A stretch of 64,000 bases of DNA from Candidatus Bathyarchaeota archaeon (GCA_963771885.1 CAVYVF010000002.1:160001-224000), one strand, 5' to 3'. Numbered from the stretch's first letter, positions 1 through 10,537 are shown. Numbers and translations: made by a program. Notes: generated by a model not told the origin, from the sequence alone.

Positions 1-54
1 CGCCGCTCGTCGGCACTCGGCTACTAGCCGAAAGGGTCTATATCCACGGAATCC

Positions 55-681
55 GTGGAACTACCAATGGTCAAGAGGGCTGTCGTCGAGATAGACGAGG
101 AGAAGTGCAACGGCTGCGGCGAGTGCGTCCCCAAGTGCGCGGAAGGTGCGTTGAAGATTATTGGCGGCAAGGCGAAGCTAGTCAGCGACGTATACTGCGA
201 CGGATTAGGCGCCTGCTTGGGCACATGCCCTCAAGATGCGATAAAGGTTACTCAACGCGAGGCACAGCCCTTCGACGAGGAGGCCGCCAAGAAACATGCG
301 AGCGCCGAGAAGCGCCCCTCGCGCTTACGGAACTGGCCCGTCCAGCTCAACCTAGTCAACCCCAAAGCCCCATTCTTCAAGGGAGCAGACCTGCTTATCA
401 TGTCGGACTGCGTCCCCGTCGCCAGCCCCGATTGGCAGGGCACGCTCCTCAAAGGCCAGGTCGTCCTTATCGGTTGCCCCAAGTTCGATAACGTCCCCGC
501 TTACGTCGAGAAACTCACCACCATATTCAGGGACAGCGACTTGCGGAGCGTCACCGTCGTCAACATGGAGGTCCCTTGCTGCAACGGGCTTGCCGGGCTC
601 GTTATGAAGGCGATGAAGGATGCCGGGAAGAAGGTACCCTTCGAGCAGCTCGTACTCAGCGTTGAGGGGGAGCCACTCTAG
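55..681 (+). CDS. 4Fe-4S ferredoxin-domain protein
   Basis: CNGCGECVPKC and CDGLGACLGTCP ferredoxin motifs; C-terminal NWPVQL/GCPK/MEVPCC motifs. Confidence 0.85.
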   Translation: MELPMVKRAVVEIDEEKCNGCGECVPKCAEGALKIIGGKAKLVSDVYCDGLGACLGTCPQDAIKVTQREAQPFDEEAAKKHASAEKRPSRLRNWPVQLNLVNPKAPFFKGADLLIMSDCVPVASPDWQGTLLKGQVVLIGCPKFDNVPAYVEKLTTIFRDSDLRSVTVVNMEVPCCNGLAGLVMKAMKDAGKKVPFEQLVLSVEGEPL

Positions 682-715
682 TCAGTCTTTTATCCCTAGG
701 CTCCTTTCAAGCGCC

Positions 716-1009
716 GTGTACACGTTTCAATACAGCCCTAGCTGGTACCTACTCCTAGCCGCGTTCTTCATCGGCTGGCTCTCGGTGACCCTCTACAGGA
801 AGAAACTGTTCGATCGAATTGAGGCGAGGCAGCAGCTCCTCCTCGGAGCCCTCGGAATGGTAGCTCTGGCTAGCATGGAGTTCTTCGCCATATCTAATAA
901 CCTCTGGAACTACGTCCCCGCCAACTGGCCAGTGATACTCTGGCCCACTTACTTCATCGCCATTCTATTTGGTTACCAGCTACTCAGGTTCGTGGAGAAG
1001 ATAGTTTAA
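716..1009 (+). CDS. small membrane protein, hypothetical
   Basis: Three hydrophobic segments; likely GTG start at 716, after the upstream gene's stop. Confidence 0.55.
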   Translation: MYTFQYSPSWYLLLAAFFIGWLSVTLYRKKLFDRIEARQQLLLGALGMVALASMEFFAISNNLWNYVPANWPVILWPTYFIAILFGYQLLRFVEKIV

Positions 1010-1041
1010 CGCGCGCGCTCCGGTTACTAATAATTCTTCCT

Positions 1042-1566
1042 TTAACGTGCGTTGAGGGCCCGTTCGAGGGATACTAAATTAAACAATCCGTAATTGGCGT
1101 AAAAGACTCTCCCCTCTTCATCAATAAGGAATTGAGCGGGGCTCTGTGTTTCCTTTCCTTCATATAATCCATGTTCCTTGCCGAGGCTTCTAGCCCGTTT
1201 AGCTTTCTGGAATATCCCAATAAAGCTATTTACTCCTAAATTGCCGACTCCGTAAAGATCGTATAACTCGTATTTTCCATTGGTCTTTTGGGAGGTAATT
1301 ATTGGGAAATCAACGTTTTTTCCCTCGATGAACTTTTTAGCGGATTCTGGGAACGACTGGTTCACATAGATAACTTTCAAGTCACTGTGTTTCTTCATGA
1401 ACTCTCTGAGCTCATCGAACTCCAGCTGGCATACAGGGCAGCCAAAGTATCTGCTGAAGTTGAGTAATGTCTTGTTTCCCTTGAACTCGTTTAGGTTTAG
1501 TATCCCTTTATTGATTGATTCGGCGGCGAAATCTGGAGCTTTGTCACCTGGTTTAATGCGAGGCAT
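1042..1566 (-). CDS. AhpC/TSA (peroxiredoxin-like) redoxin
   Basis: GDKAPDF N-terminus, FSRYFGCPVC, PAQFLIDEEG. Confidence 0.8.
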   Translation of the reverse strand: MPRIKPGDKAPDFAAESINKGILNLNEFKGNKTLLNFSRYFGCPVCQLEFDELREFMKKHSDLKVIYVNQSFPESAKKFIEGKNVDFPIITSQKTNGKYELYDLYGVGNLGVNSFIGIFQKAKRARSLGKEHGLYEGKETQSPAQFLIDEEGRVFYANYGLFNLVSLERALNAR

Positions 1567-1718
1567 AATACGCGTATAGCTGCAGTGGGATAATTGGTTT
1601 ATGAGTAAATATTACTTAGTCATGACATTACAGTAAGCTGAGCGTGTGTGCGCGAGACTAAGCGTCCGCTGGGGGTGGCACACTCCAGCCCTTTATGTGC
1701 CGCCTGGTTCAAATCATA

Positions 1719-2015
1719 CTATTTTAGGGGGAATCTGGTAACAGCTTTCTGCATGGCTCCTCCCTGGCCATCTATGACCGCTTCAAGCCACCAGTCCTCC
1801 GTGGGCCACCAGAACGCGACTAGGTTCGCTAGTTGTTGCTCGTTGTCGGCCTCAATGAGCCTGAAACCCTTACCTCTGCCCGTGTATAGCGTATTTGTAA
1901 GCATCCTTGGGAATTGACTGGGGTCCTCCTGCAGCGCCTTGGCAAATTTGTCAGCGATTTCCTGTTCCCTATCAAAATTCTCCATGCTCCACTCCCAGTG
2001 CCAAACATACTTCAT
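1719..2015 (-). CDS. DUF3303-like small protein
   Basis: MKYVWHWEW...GKGFRLIEADNEQQLANL pattern. Confidence 0.5.
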   Translation of the reverse strand: MKYVWHWEWSMENFDREQEIADKFAKALQEDPSQFPRMLTNTLYTGRGKGFRLIEADNEQQLANLVAFWWPTEDWWLEAVIDGQGGAMQKAVTRFPLK

Positions 2016-2226
2016 TTTTTTTCACCTGTTTTACCCTGGACGGTACAACAAGAACGGTATGCTGTACCTGTTTGAATCTTGAAACCCTTGATATTTAGAA
2101 CTTTTCACATGGTAAATTTTCGCGTGCGCACGCGAGTAAGAGAGAGTGTAGGTAGGAGAGAGTAGTTGGGTTTGGGGCTAAAGTCTTTTCACTCATATCC
2201 TTTAGTTAGTGTACAGAGGACAAGCG

Positions 2227-4200
2227 ATGAACCATTTTCCCAGACTCTTCAGCACGATGAAGCTAGGACCTTACACGCTCAGGAACCGCATCGAGGCGGC
2301 GCCCATGGGGGCGCACGGCTCTCCGGATGGGTTCCTGACACCCGAGAACGCGGCTTACTACGAGCTACGCGCCAAGGGTGGACCCGCAATAGTCACCCTC
2401 GGGGAGAGCATGATCGACTCGAAGGGGACATCGCACGGGAGGGTAACGCCACTGGACGACCCGGGCATACTGCCCTCACTCATCAACACAACTGACGCCA
2501 TCAAGAGGCACGGCGCCCTCGCCTCAATCGAGCTGCTGCACGCGGGCATCAGGTCGGGTACTCCGCGGCCTGACGACCCCGTCTACGGCCCCAGCGCTGG
2601 GACATCATTCTACGGCAAGAAGATCATCGAGATGGGGGACGCTGAGATCGATAAGGTGGTGAACTCCTTCGGTGACGCTGCGGCGATGGCGAAGCTGGGT
2701 GGCGTCCAGATGTGCATGATCCACGGCGGCCACGGCTGGATGCTATCCCAGTGGTTCTCCACGCTCCACAACCATAGGACGGACATGTTCGGCGGGAGCA
2801 TCGAGAACAGGGCCCGAATCGCCCTTATGATAATCGACAACATGAGGAAGAAGTGTGGGCCGAACTTCCCCATAGAGATCCGGCTCAGCGGCGACGAGTT
2901 CACGCCCGGCGGTATGCCTCTCAGCGAGGTAGTAGAGCTCGCTAAAGTGTTGGACGGCAAGGTCGACATGATACATGTCTCCGCCACTACATTCAACGAC
3001 AGATCCGCAGGTCTCAGGATGTTCCCCAGCGTCTTCCTCCCCCACGGCGCCAACGTCTACCTCGCTGAGGCAGTCAAGAAGGCAGTGAAGACCCCCGTCG
3101 CCACAGTCGGCTCACTAGATGACCCTGCACAGATGGAGGAGATACTCGAGAGCGGTAAGGCTGACATGGTGACACTCGGCAGGGCGCTACTCGCCGACCC
3201 CTACCTGCCCGAGAAGGCTAGGAAGGGAAACGCGGACGACATCACGCCCTGCCTCCGATGCAACTACTGCATCAGCCAGAACTTCACTCCATACGTCAAG
3301 TACCCAAGAGGCATCGTGCAGTGCGTCGTTAACCCTATAATAGGCAGGGAGATGGAGGCTAAATTCGCCCCACCTTATAGCAGCCCGAAGAGGGTCATAG
3401 TAGCTGGCGGAGGACCCGCGGGGATGCAGGCAGCAATAACGGCGTCTGACCGTGGTCACGAGGTCGTCCTCTGCGAAAAGGGCAAGCGCCTCGGCGGCAC
3501 CCTACTCTACGCCGAACATGAGTACTTCAAAGAGGACATTAGGAAGCTAACCGAGGTCCTGATACGCCGCGTCAAGAAGAGGCCGATAACCGTGATGCTG
3601 AACACGGAGGTCACCCCCGAGTTCGTCGAGAAGATACACCCCGACGTCCTCATTGCCGCGGTTGGCGCCGAGCCCATAATTCCCAAGATACCCGGCGTGA
3701 ACGGCAAGAACGTCGTCGTCGCAGCGAGCATGTACGACGAGGCCACCATCGGCAAGAAGGTCGTCATAATAGGCGGAGGGCTCGTCGGCTGCGAGGAGGG
3801 GCTGCACCTCGCCCACGCGGGCAGGGACGTGACAATATTGGAGATGCTCGAGAAGGCGGCGCCTGAAGCGCCTTATCTTCACTGGCTCGCCGTTATGAAG
3901 GAGATCGAGAAGATCGGTGTCAGACTGCAGACACGCCACAAGGTTACCCGGGTGACCGAGGAGGGTGTCTACGCGGTGGACGAAAGCGGGAAAGAGAAGC
4001 TCTATGAGGCAGACACGGTGCTATTGGCCGTTGGGCTCAGGCCGAGGACCGACTTGGTTGAGTCGCTCCGCAACTCCGCGCCCGACTTCATGGTAATTGG
4101 AGACTGCCAGAAACCGGCGACCGTCATGGAGGCGATCCACGGGGGCTTCTTCTCTGCCCTCGGATATAATGGAATCTCGCGTGTGGGCGTAACGATATAG
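2227..4200 (+). CDS. NADH:flavin oxidoreductase (old yellow enzyme family with FAD/NAD domain)
   Basis: LRNRIEAAPM, HGGHGW, NHRTDMFGGS, CLRCNYC...C Fe-S motif, GGGPAG and GGGLVG Rossmann motifs. Confidence 0.9.
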   Translation: MNHFPRLFSTMKLGPYTLRNRIEAAPMGAHGSPDGFLTPENAAYYELRAKGGPAIVTLGESMIDSKGTSHGRVTPLDDPGILPSLINTTDAIKRHGALASIELLHAGIRSGTPRPDDPVYGPSAGTSFYGKKIIEMGDAEIDKVVNSFGDAAAMAKLGGVQMCMIHGGHGWMLSQWFSTLHNHRTDMFGGSIENRARIALMIIDNMRKKCGPNFPIEIRLSGDEFTPGGMPLSEVVELAKVLDGKVDMIHVSATTFNDRSAGLRMFPSVFLPHGANVYLAEAVKKAVKTPVATVGSLDDPAQMEEILESGKADMVTLGRALLADPYLPEKARKGNADDITPCLRCNYCISQNFTPYVKYPRGIVQCVVNPIIGREMEAKFAPPYSSPKRVIVAGGGPAGMQAAITASDRGHEVVLCEKGKRLGGTLLYAEHEYFKEDIRKLTEVLIRRVKKRPITVMLNTEVTPEFVEKIHPDVLIAAVGAEPIIPKIPGVNGKNVVVAASMYDEATIGKKVVIIGGGLVGCEEGLHLAHAGRDVTILEMLEKAAPEAPYLHWLAVMKEIEKIGVRLQTRHKVTRVTEEGVYAVDESGKEKLYEADTVLLAVGLRPRTDLVESLRNSAPDFMVIGDCQKPATVMEAIHGGFFSALGYNGISRVGVTI

Positions 4201-4226
4201 TCTTTGACTATCTGCGGACACATTGA

Positions 4227-5453
4227 TCATGGGTTGGACTGGTTTTCGGGGATATGACCCTCGAGTGCCCGAGCCGCCGTATTCATCTTCTCAGCCGATT
4301 CCTGGATGCATTCCTTTACTACCTCCCAGCTCTGGTCGTGTATGGGGGTCTTAAGGTGCGCTTGGGTCACGTTAGCCGCTGCCTTAAGGGTCTTCACGAG
4401 GAGGTTGAATGCGTCCAAGGGTTCCATATTGATGCCCTGCGGGTTCTCTAAGAGGTGAATGACTCTTCTGACGTCGCTGTTTTCGTTGTAAACCCTAATC
4501 GCCTCCGCCAACTGGTATTGATAAGCGTTGAGCTCGAGTTTTATCTCGCTTGCCTGTTTGCTGAGTTTAGCCTTCTCCCCCTCGAGGTTGATGATTGGGC
4601 CCTGTTTGTTGATGGCGCTGAGTACCTTCGCGGCGTTTCCAAAGGTCCGTGTAGCCTGCAGCGTTGCTGCGAGGCTCTGCTCATCGTGACCGAGCGCGAT
4701 GAGTTTGTTGGTGATGGTGTATTCTTTTTTCAGGTTCTCGTTGTCTGTTTCTATCTTCAACTTTTCTATCTGCTGCTGCATAATTTGCGCATTCTGGAAG
4801 TCGTTTAATACCTTGAGGTCAGCGACATTGGTTTTTAGCTGACTTAATTCTTTGTCTAATACTTGCTTTTCGATGACAGCGTCTACCGCTTCGAGGGTAT
4901 CTGAGGCTCCACCAAATTTGGTGAAGGCGGTTTTAAGCCTTAGTCTCGCTAATCGGTCAAACCCCTCCTCCTCGAGTTCCTTGTCTCGGTGAATCCACCA
5001 TCTGACATCATCTATCATGAGGGGATCCGTCCCGTCTCCTTTGAGCTGCCCAACGAGGTCGATGATTTTCCCGACTGCTCCGGGTTTAAGATCATATGGT
5101 CTTAGCGCGGCGACGAGCTCCGCAACCTCAAGTAGGGTGGACTTCTTGGCCTTGACGGCTGTGTCGAGCCTTAGGACCGCCTCCACGTCGTCTAGAGATA
5201 AACCCGAGTTGACGAAGTCCCGGAATACGCTCATAACGTTAACCCTCTCAGCGTTCAATGTTCCGTCTATGCCTCCCCATTCAAGCGTGTATGTCCGTAT
5301 GTTGCCTTCATCCCAGCGGTCACCCGAGAATCTGCTGATGTCCCCGCTTGAGTACCCCGCCCTCCGAAGAGTCACCATTAACTCCTTGACTCTCTGTGGG
5401 GCACCCCTGATATCTAGTTTAACTCCCAAGTAGGCGTAACGATATAGTTTCAC
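4227..5453 (-). CDS. hypothetical coiled-coil protein
   Basis: 408-aa ORF with a heptad-rich central and C-terminal region; family not recognised. Confidence 0.6.
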   Translation of the reverse strand: MKLYRYAYLGVKLDIRGAPQRVKELMVTLRRAGYSSGDISRFSGDRWDEGNIRTYTLEWGGIDGTLNAERVNVMSVFRDFVNSGLSLDDVEAVLRLDTAVKAKKSTLLEVAELVAALRPYDLKPGAVGKIIDLVGQLKGDGTDPLMIDDVRWWIHRDKELEEEGFDRLARLRLKTAFTKFGGASDTLEAVDAVIEKQVLDKELSQLKTNVADLKVLNDFQNAQIMQQQIEKLKIETDNENLKKEYTITNKLIALGHDEQSLAATLQATRTFGNAAKVLSAINKQGPIINLEGEKAKLSKQASEIKLELNAYQYQLAEAIRVYNENSDVRRVIHLLENPQGINMEPLDAFNLLVKTLKAAANVTQAHLKTPIHDQSWEVVKECIQESAEKMNTAARALEGHIPENQSNP

Positions 5454-5575
5454 ATCTCGGAGATCAACGGTTCAAGTAGATGTGTGGGACTAAGTTTTTT
5501 CAAACATAAGCCCCATCAGATCCAGTCAGATGCGGAGGTACGGAACACGAAGATAACAGACATTAAGACTTACCC

Positions 5576-6637
5576 ATGTGGATACCCCTAAAGGAGACTG
5601 AGCCCCTCTCCGCCTATCCGAAGAGGCGGAGCGTGCACATACTCGTCGAGGTTACAACCGACGAGGGGATAAGCGGCTACGGTGAGGCGATCCCCTACAC
5701 CTATGGCGCCGTTGGTGGCCACATCGAGCAGCAACTCAAGCCCCTCCTCGTCGGGGAGGACCCGATGCAGGTGGAGAGGCTCTGGAACAAGATGTACCAC
5801 ATCAGCTTCGGTCACGGTGTCATGGGCATGAGCATACACGCCCTCAGCGCCGTCGAGATAGCCCTCTGGGACATCATAGGCAAGAAGCGTAGGCTCCCCG
5901 TCTACGAGATGATAGGCGGCCTCGCCAAGCCCAGGGTCAAGGCATACGCCAGCCTCATGGAGTACAAGAAGCCCGAGGAGGTCGCCAAGATCAGCCAGCG
6001 CTGGGTCGAGGAGGGCTACACTGGCATCAAGCTTCACCAGGGCAAAGACGATGGCGTTAGCTGTACGAAAGCTGTCCGAGACGCAGTGGGCGACGACGTC
6101 GATATCATGCTCGACGTCAACGGGGCATGGACCCCTGGGCAGGCTCTCAAGGCGGTGCGTCAGCTCGAGCGCTACAACCTCACGTGGCTCGAGGAGCCCA
6201 TCTGGCCGGTACACGACTACGCTAGCCTAGCCTGGCTCCGCACGAAGACGGACATACCCATCGCCGGCGGCGAGAACGAGTACACTGTCCACGGCTTCAA
6301 GAAGATAGTCGAAGCACAACCATACGACCTCCTACAACCAGACGTCATCATGACCGGCGGCATCTCCTCGATGAGGAAGATATTCGCCCTCGCCGAGGCA
6401 TGGAACCTCGACGTCGCCACGCACAGCTTCTTCTTCGGCCCAGGCATACCCGCAAGCGTCCACCTCAGCCTTAGCAACGTCCGAAACGAGTGGGTGGAGA
6501 TCAATGCGGTGCCCCTCGAGGCCTACTTCATCCAACCCGCCTATCGACCCGAGAGGGGCTGGCTTACAGCCCCAGACAAGCCGGGGCTCGGCTTCGAGGT
6601 CGACTGGGACGTCGTCAAGAAGTACGCCATCAAGTAG
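5576..6637 (+). CDS. mandelate racemase/muconate lactonizing enzyme (enolase superfamily)
   Basis: GISGYGE, EIALWDIIGK, DVN, WLEEP, GENE, QPD motifs; N-terminal KITDIKTYP lies in another frame at 5550-5576. Confidence 0.9.
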   Translation: MWIPLKETEPLSAYPKRRSVHILVEVTTDEGISGYGEAIPYTYGAVGGHIEQQLKPLLVGEDPMQVERLWNKMYHISFGHGVMGMSIHALSAVEIALWDIIGKKRRLPVYEMIGGLAKPRVKAYASLMEYKKPEEVAKISQRWVEEGYTGIKLHQGKDDGVSCTKAVRDAVGDDVDIMLDVNGAWTPGQALKAVRQLERYNLTWLEEPIWPVHDYASLAWLRTKTDIPIAGGENEYTVHGFKKIVEAQPYDLLQPDVIMTGGISSMRKIFALAEAWNLDVATHSFFFGPGIPASVHLSLSNVRNEWVEINAVPLEAYFIQPAYRPERGWLTAPDKPGLGFEVDWDVVKKYAIK

Positions 6638-6670
6638 CCTAGAACGACGTTTATACCAGGGGTATCCTTC

Positions 6671-6952
6671 TTGACGGCGATGTCAGACGAGGAGATAAGG
6701 CGGCAGCTAGGCGTATGCGAAGCGGCTAGGGGGACAAAGGAGTTCGCCCCCGCCGTCGAGGCACTCCTCGCTATGTTGCCCCCGGATATCCGCTCCGAAG
6801 TTGAGAATGTGGAGGGCGTCTACAAGGAGACTGAGCAATACACAAACCGTTTCGTAAACATGGTGCTAGTCTCCGTCGAGTTCGCTACAGTCAGGACATT
6901 AGACCCCGAAGCGGCCCTAGCTGCGATTAAGAATCGAGTGGACAAGTCCTAG
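6671..6952 (+). CDS. hypothetical protein
   Basis: 93-aa ORF with protein-like composition. Confidence 0.5.
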   Translation: MTAMSDEEIRRQLGVCEAARGTKEFAPAVEALLAMLPPDIRSEVENVEGVYKETEQYTNRFVNMVLVSVEFATVRTLDPEAALAAIKNRVDKS

Positions 6953-7211
6953 ACTCTATACAAGTGCAGCTTCCGACCAAGGAGGCGTCTCAGTCAAGCA
7001 GCATTACCTTCCACCTGGACAGCACACGCCTACCATCCCCTGAACAATTAAGGATTAGGATCAGCACCGTACTCGTCTCGAAGTGCAGCATCCTGGGCAC
7101 GAACGTGACCGCACCCCGTTCACGCTGCCCACACTCGGTAAAGGTGGGATTAGCATAATGGGGCGAGAACTAGATGATATGCGTCTGAATAAGTAGGGTG
7201 ATCTTCGGGAT

Positions 7212-7499
7212 CTAGTTTGCGATGATAGACTCCGTCTTTAAGATGTCCCTCGTCTTCTCGAAATAGCCTAGCACCGACTCCCCCTTCTCGGTTATCCCAT
7301 AAAGGTTCTTCGAGCGGCCATCCTTTCCCTCGTCTAAGGCCACGATAAGGGCCTCCTTCTCCAAGGAGCCGAGTATCTGCATGAGGGGCTTCCAGGAAAG
7401 GTTTGTAGCATACATTATTCGTGTCGGCCGTGGCTCGCCATCCCGTATGGTTGTTAGGACTGCGAGATAGATCTCAATCTTGGCGCGCCGAGTCGTCAT
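7212..7499 (-). CDS. winged helix-turn-helix regulator (archaeal ArnR1/DUF4364-like)
   Basis: RRAKIEIYLAVL...PTRIMYATNLSW...YGITEKG; paralogue of 50793-51095. Confidence 0.8.
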   Translation of the reverse strand: MTTRRAKIEIYLAVLTTIRDGEPRPTRIMYATNLSWKPLMQILGSLEKEALIVALDEGKDGRSKNLYGITEKGESVLGYFEKTRDILKTESIIAN

Positions 7500-7789
7500 G
7501 TTTCTTGCCCATGTCTTCTGTAAATAAATCAAATGCGGAGCACTAATACTGATTAGTTAACCTCGTTTAGACGAGGATAAAATAAAAATAAAAATAAGAA
7601 TCGTCTCTTTGAAGGATAATATTGCCGGTAAATATCAATTTTACTGCTTTCTGTGAAGACCTGGCATCTCGCCACGCTTCTTAAACTGAGCATGTTCCGT
7701 TTCAGCTCACGTTTGCGAGGATCAAAATGACATCCGCACGCGCAGCTAATTGATAATGCAAAATGGTCTTCTCATAATGAAACACTATA

Positions 7790-8182
7790 CTATGCGATCG
7801 GTACTTTGATCGAATCCATAGTTGGTTTTTCCGTGAGTTCTCTTAAAGCCTCAAATAACGCAGATATATCGAGCGGTTTCTCCAGTACATAGTCAAAGAC
7901 TTTTACAGAAGTTGGGTGCATTATTATCTTATAACCTGTAACTAGAATCAGGTGAATATCAGGGTTAATACCTTTAATCAACTTAGCCAGTTCATCACCC
8001 TGATAATATGGCATAACATAGTCTAAAATCGCCACAGTATGTTTCTGAGCTTTTACCCTATCCAAAGCCTCGAGTCCATGTCTTGCCACATCAATTGAGT
8101 AGCCCTTATTCCACAATATTTGACTCAATACATTGACTGAGTCCCAATCATCATCAACTAAGAGGACGGAACCTTTCGACAT
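7790..8182 (-). CDS. single-domain response regulator (receiver)
   Basis: VLLVDDD, ILDYVMP, VTG, LEKP. Confidence 0.85.
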   Translation of the reverse strand: MSKGSVLLVDDDWDSVNVLSQILWNKGYSIDVARHGLEALDRVKAQKHTVAILDYVMPYYQGDELAKLIKGINPDIHLILVTGYKIIMHPTSVKVFDYVLEKPLDISALFEALRELTEKPTMDSIKVPIA

Positions 8183-8340
8183 GCCTCTTTATTATTTCAA
8201 CTATTATTAACAGTGATGGATTTTTAATAGATATTATTTTATAAAAATTGTAGATGATGTAATAGCGCAGCGTAGAGATCCAAACAAACCATCTAATTGA
8301 ATTAATGTATATCATTACAGTATGATTAACAAGCTTAGAG

Positions 8341-8856
8341 TCAACCCCGAATACGTTGATTCTTAAGAGACTCTATGCTTGAAAAACACTCAGACTCACC
8401 CCACCCGCCATCATTCCGCCTCTTAACACACTCTGCGTACAATCTCTCAAGGAGTGTCTCTCTATCAACTCCTACCGTTCTCAAAGCCTCATCGAGGGCA
8501 TCCACTGCCCCGTCGTAATACAACTTCAGTGTCTTTTCGTAGTGGGGATCAAGGTTCTCACTCTCCCCCTTCCACTCGAAGCTAGTCTCATACTTGTATA
8601 CGGCTATGGCAGTTATGTAGACTCCCCATTTGGATGCGAGGCAGTCAACTTTCTCTTTCCCTTCGAGTAGTTCGCATGCCTGCGATAAACAGCGGGCTTC
8701 TTTAATGTAGGAACCTAGCTCATGGTGTGCCGCTGCGGCCTTTCTGAAGAGAGCTATTCTCTGTTGGTCGTCTATGGCTTGCGCCGCTTGATCCTCGTAG
8801 AGCCTAGCCAACTCGAAGCGGTTACCCGAAGTCTCCGTGGTGTCTGATTCTTCCAC
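8341..8856 (-). CDS. hypothetical helical protein
   Basis: 171-aa ORF, no recognised motif. Confidence 0.55.
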   Translation of the reverse strand: MEESDTTETSGNRFELARLYEDQAAQAIDDQQRIALFRKAAAAHHELGSYIKEARCLSQACELLEGKEKVDCLASKWGVYITAIAVYKYETSFEWKGESENLDPHYEKTLKLYYDGAVDALDEALRTVGVDRETLLERLYAECVKRRNDGGWGESECFSSIESLKNQRIRG

Positions 8857-9149
8857 AGTGTATTACTTATGCAACTCATCTAAATAACCAATTTCTATCA
8901 AGACGCTCCTTAAAAGTGGCGTAAAAACACCACGCGTGCGCAACTAGTTCAAGGGTCTAACAGACCGTGGAGGGTAATACTTCTTTGTCCCTCGAATCGT
9001 CTTCAACGCACCAAGAATTTGATCGTCCCGCTTTTCAGATTCTGTTAATGGTCTATACCCTTTCTTCGCATCTTTCATCTTCATCAATTAGTCAACTCCA
9101 TTAATCTTTTTTTGAGGGAAATTTAGAACCTCTACACGCACCCGCGCAT

Positions 9150-9470
9150 TTGGGGGGTGCCCAGGCGAGATTACCTCGCTGAACCCCGCTTTGGCGTTGT
9201 CAACTGGGGAGTGCAGAAATCTCAACCAGCCAAAGCCAGTCAAGCTCCTTTACAGTCCACTCCTCAAGGCTCCGCGGCTTTCAGGTCTTACACTGCTTCG
9301 ACCTTTCGTCCGCTCCCACCTGGACAAATGCAATCAATGCCGCCAGGATATAAGCGCATTCCATTGTTCTCAGCTATCAACTAATGATTTTTCAGCCTAT
9401 AATAATGCCCCTACATGCGCTGTATCAAGCAAATCTCAATCGAGGTCTAAATACGTCAAAATATTGTATC
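9150..9470 (-). ncRNA. candidate structured ncRNA, element A copy 1
   Basis: Aligns over ~320 nt to 12466-12785 with an indel that breaks reading frames; several self-complementary segments conserved in both copies. Confidence 0.55.
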
Positions 9471-9532
9471 CCTTAGCACGATATCTTATTGACGCGTTTA
9501 AGAATAATGAAATTCATAGAGCAGTAAAGACG

Positions 9533-9859
9533 TTAGTCCTTTGACTTCCTCTTAGCTTTCCCAATCTCTTCCTGAGCCTTCCCCTCGAGTTGCTCAATCT
9601 TACCCTTAAGCTGCTCAGTCTTATTATCAGTAATTTTCCCAATTTCCTCACGAATCTGGCCCTTGATCTTCTTTCCTCTACCCTCAAATTCAGCATCGCT
9701 CATATCGGTAACTTTACCCACATTCTCTTGAACAGTCCCCTCCGCCTGCTCAAGTTTGCCCTTGAGCTGCTCCGTCTTATTATCCGTGATTTTGCCTACT
9801 TCTTCACGGATCTGGCCCTTGAGTTTCTTCGCTCTACCTTCAACTTCGTCTTTGTTCAT
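9533..9859 (-). CDS. CsbD-family protein with two tandem CsbD repeats
   Basis: MNKDEVEGRAKKLKGQIREEVGKITDNKTEQLKGK unit occurs twice. Confidence 0.85.
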   Translation of the reverse strand: MNKDEVEGRAKKLKGQIREEVGKITDNKTEQLKGKLEQAEGTVQENVGKVTDMSDAEFEGRGKKIKGQIREEIGKITDNKTEQLKGKIEQLEGKAQEEIGKAKRKSKD

Positions 9860-9976
9860 GTTTGCAGGATAAGAAGCGCGGTTTATAAATGAAGGCAGAT
9901 AGAAGAGGACCCGCAATTTTGACTATGTTGAATTTTTTATATTTAATCACGCATAGATTTTTTTAATTATTTTGGG

Positions 9977-10074
9977 GTAAGGGTTTATCTTTATGATTTT
10001 CATAAAACTATGCTAAAGGAACGCCATACTCCCTTAGCCTCCGTAGTAGGGGCCGAAGAGGCCCCGAACCCTCA
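9977..10074. ncRNA. candidate small RNA, element B copy 1
   Basis: Core TATGCTAAAGGAACGCCATACTCCCTTAGCCTCCGTAGTAGGGGCCGAAGAGGCCC is identical at 14.7 and 54.0 kb; two hairpins; upstream GTAAGGGTTTATCT box. Confidence 0.55.
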
Positions 10075-10169
10075 ATATCGCTCACAAATCGAATGCGATT
10101 ATATAATTAATATTATCATTAGTAAAACGTGTATCTAGGTAAAGTAACTATTAAGCAGATAATAATGCT

Positions 10170-10355
10170 CTAATGTCCGATATCTGCCTCATCTTGCTTG
10201 GCTGTTTCTACATAGCAATCCATGCAAGCCTCCCCAAGTGTGGGGATATAGGCTATAAAAGTCGTCAATTTTTTATCACATTTGATGCATCTCCGCACCA
10301 AACTAGGGCTTGTAATATTTATCATCCAAAATTCCTCACTACTGCATCCACACAC
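10170..10355 (-). CDS. small Cys-rich (putative zinc-binding) protein, copy 1
   Basis: CGC, CxxC and CxxC; paralogue at 14889-15074 keeps the frame and all cysteines. Confidence 0.7.
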   Translation of the reverse strand: MCGCSSEEFWMINITSPSLVRRCIKCDKKLTTFIAYIPTLGEACMDCYVETAKQDEADIGH

Positions 10356-10373
10356 TATTCAGCCCGAAAGCAA

Positions 10374-10532
10374 TCATCCGGTAGCAATATTTCTACCCTG
10401 AATGAATCGGATGAGCACGACTATAACCGCGATGACCAGCAATGCATGGATCAAACTTCCGCCGATGTTACCAATCAGCCCAAGCACCCAGAGAACCACG
10501 AGGATCGCTACAATAGTCCATACAATATCCAT
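10374..10532 (-). CDS. lmo0937/DUF5670-family small membrane protein, copy 1
   Basis: Manual translation MDIVWTIVAILVVLWVLGLIGNIGGSLIHALLVIAVIVVLIRFIQGRNIATG (below the ORF-track cutoff). Confidence 0.85.
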   Translation of the reverse strand: MDIVWTIVAILVVLWVLGLIGNIGGSLIHALLVIAVIVVLIRFIQGRNIATG

Positions 10533-10537
10533 TCAAC

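Noticed and set aside
9150..9470. Element A as SRP RNA, RNase P RNA, cobalamin/SAM riboswitch or group II intron
   Set aside because: The size fits, but the diagnostic motifs (CAGG-GNRA-AGCAG, GAGGAAAGUCC, B12 box order, DV hairpin) are absent
9157..9544. ORFs 9157-9384, 9191-9544 and 12393-12668 over element A
   Set aside because: Frames are not conserved between the two copies
10034..10075. Minus-strand micro-ORF (M)RVRGLFGPYYGG in element B
   Set aside because: Copy 2 is frameshifted and the core shows no synonymous variation; RNA or DNA structure explains the conservation better
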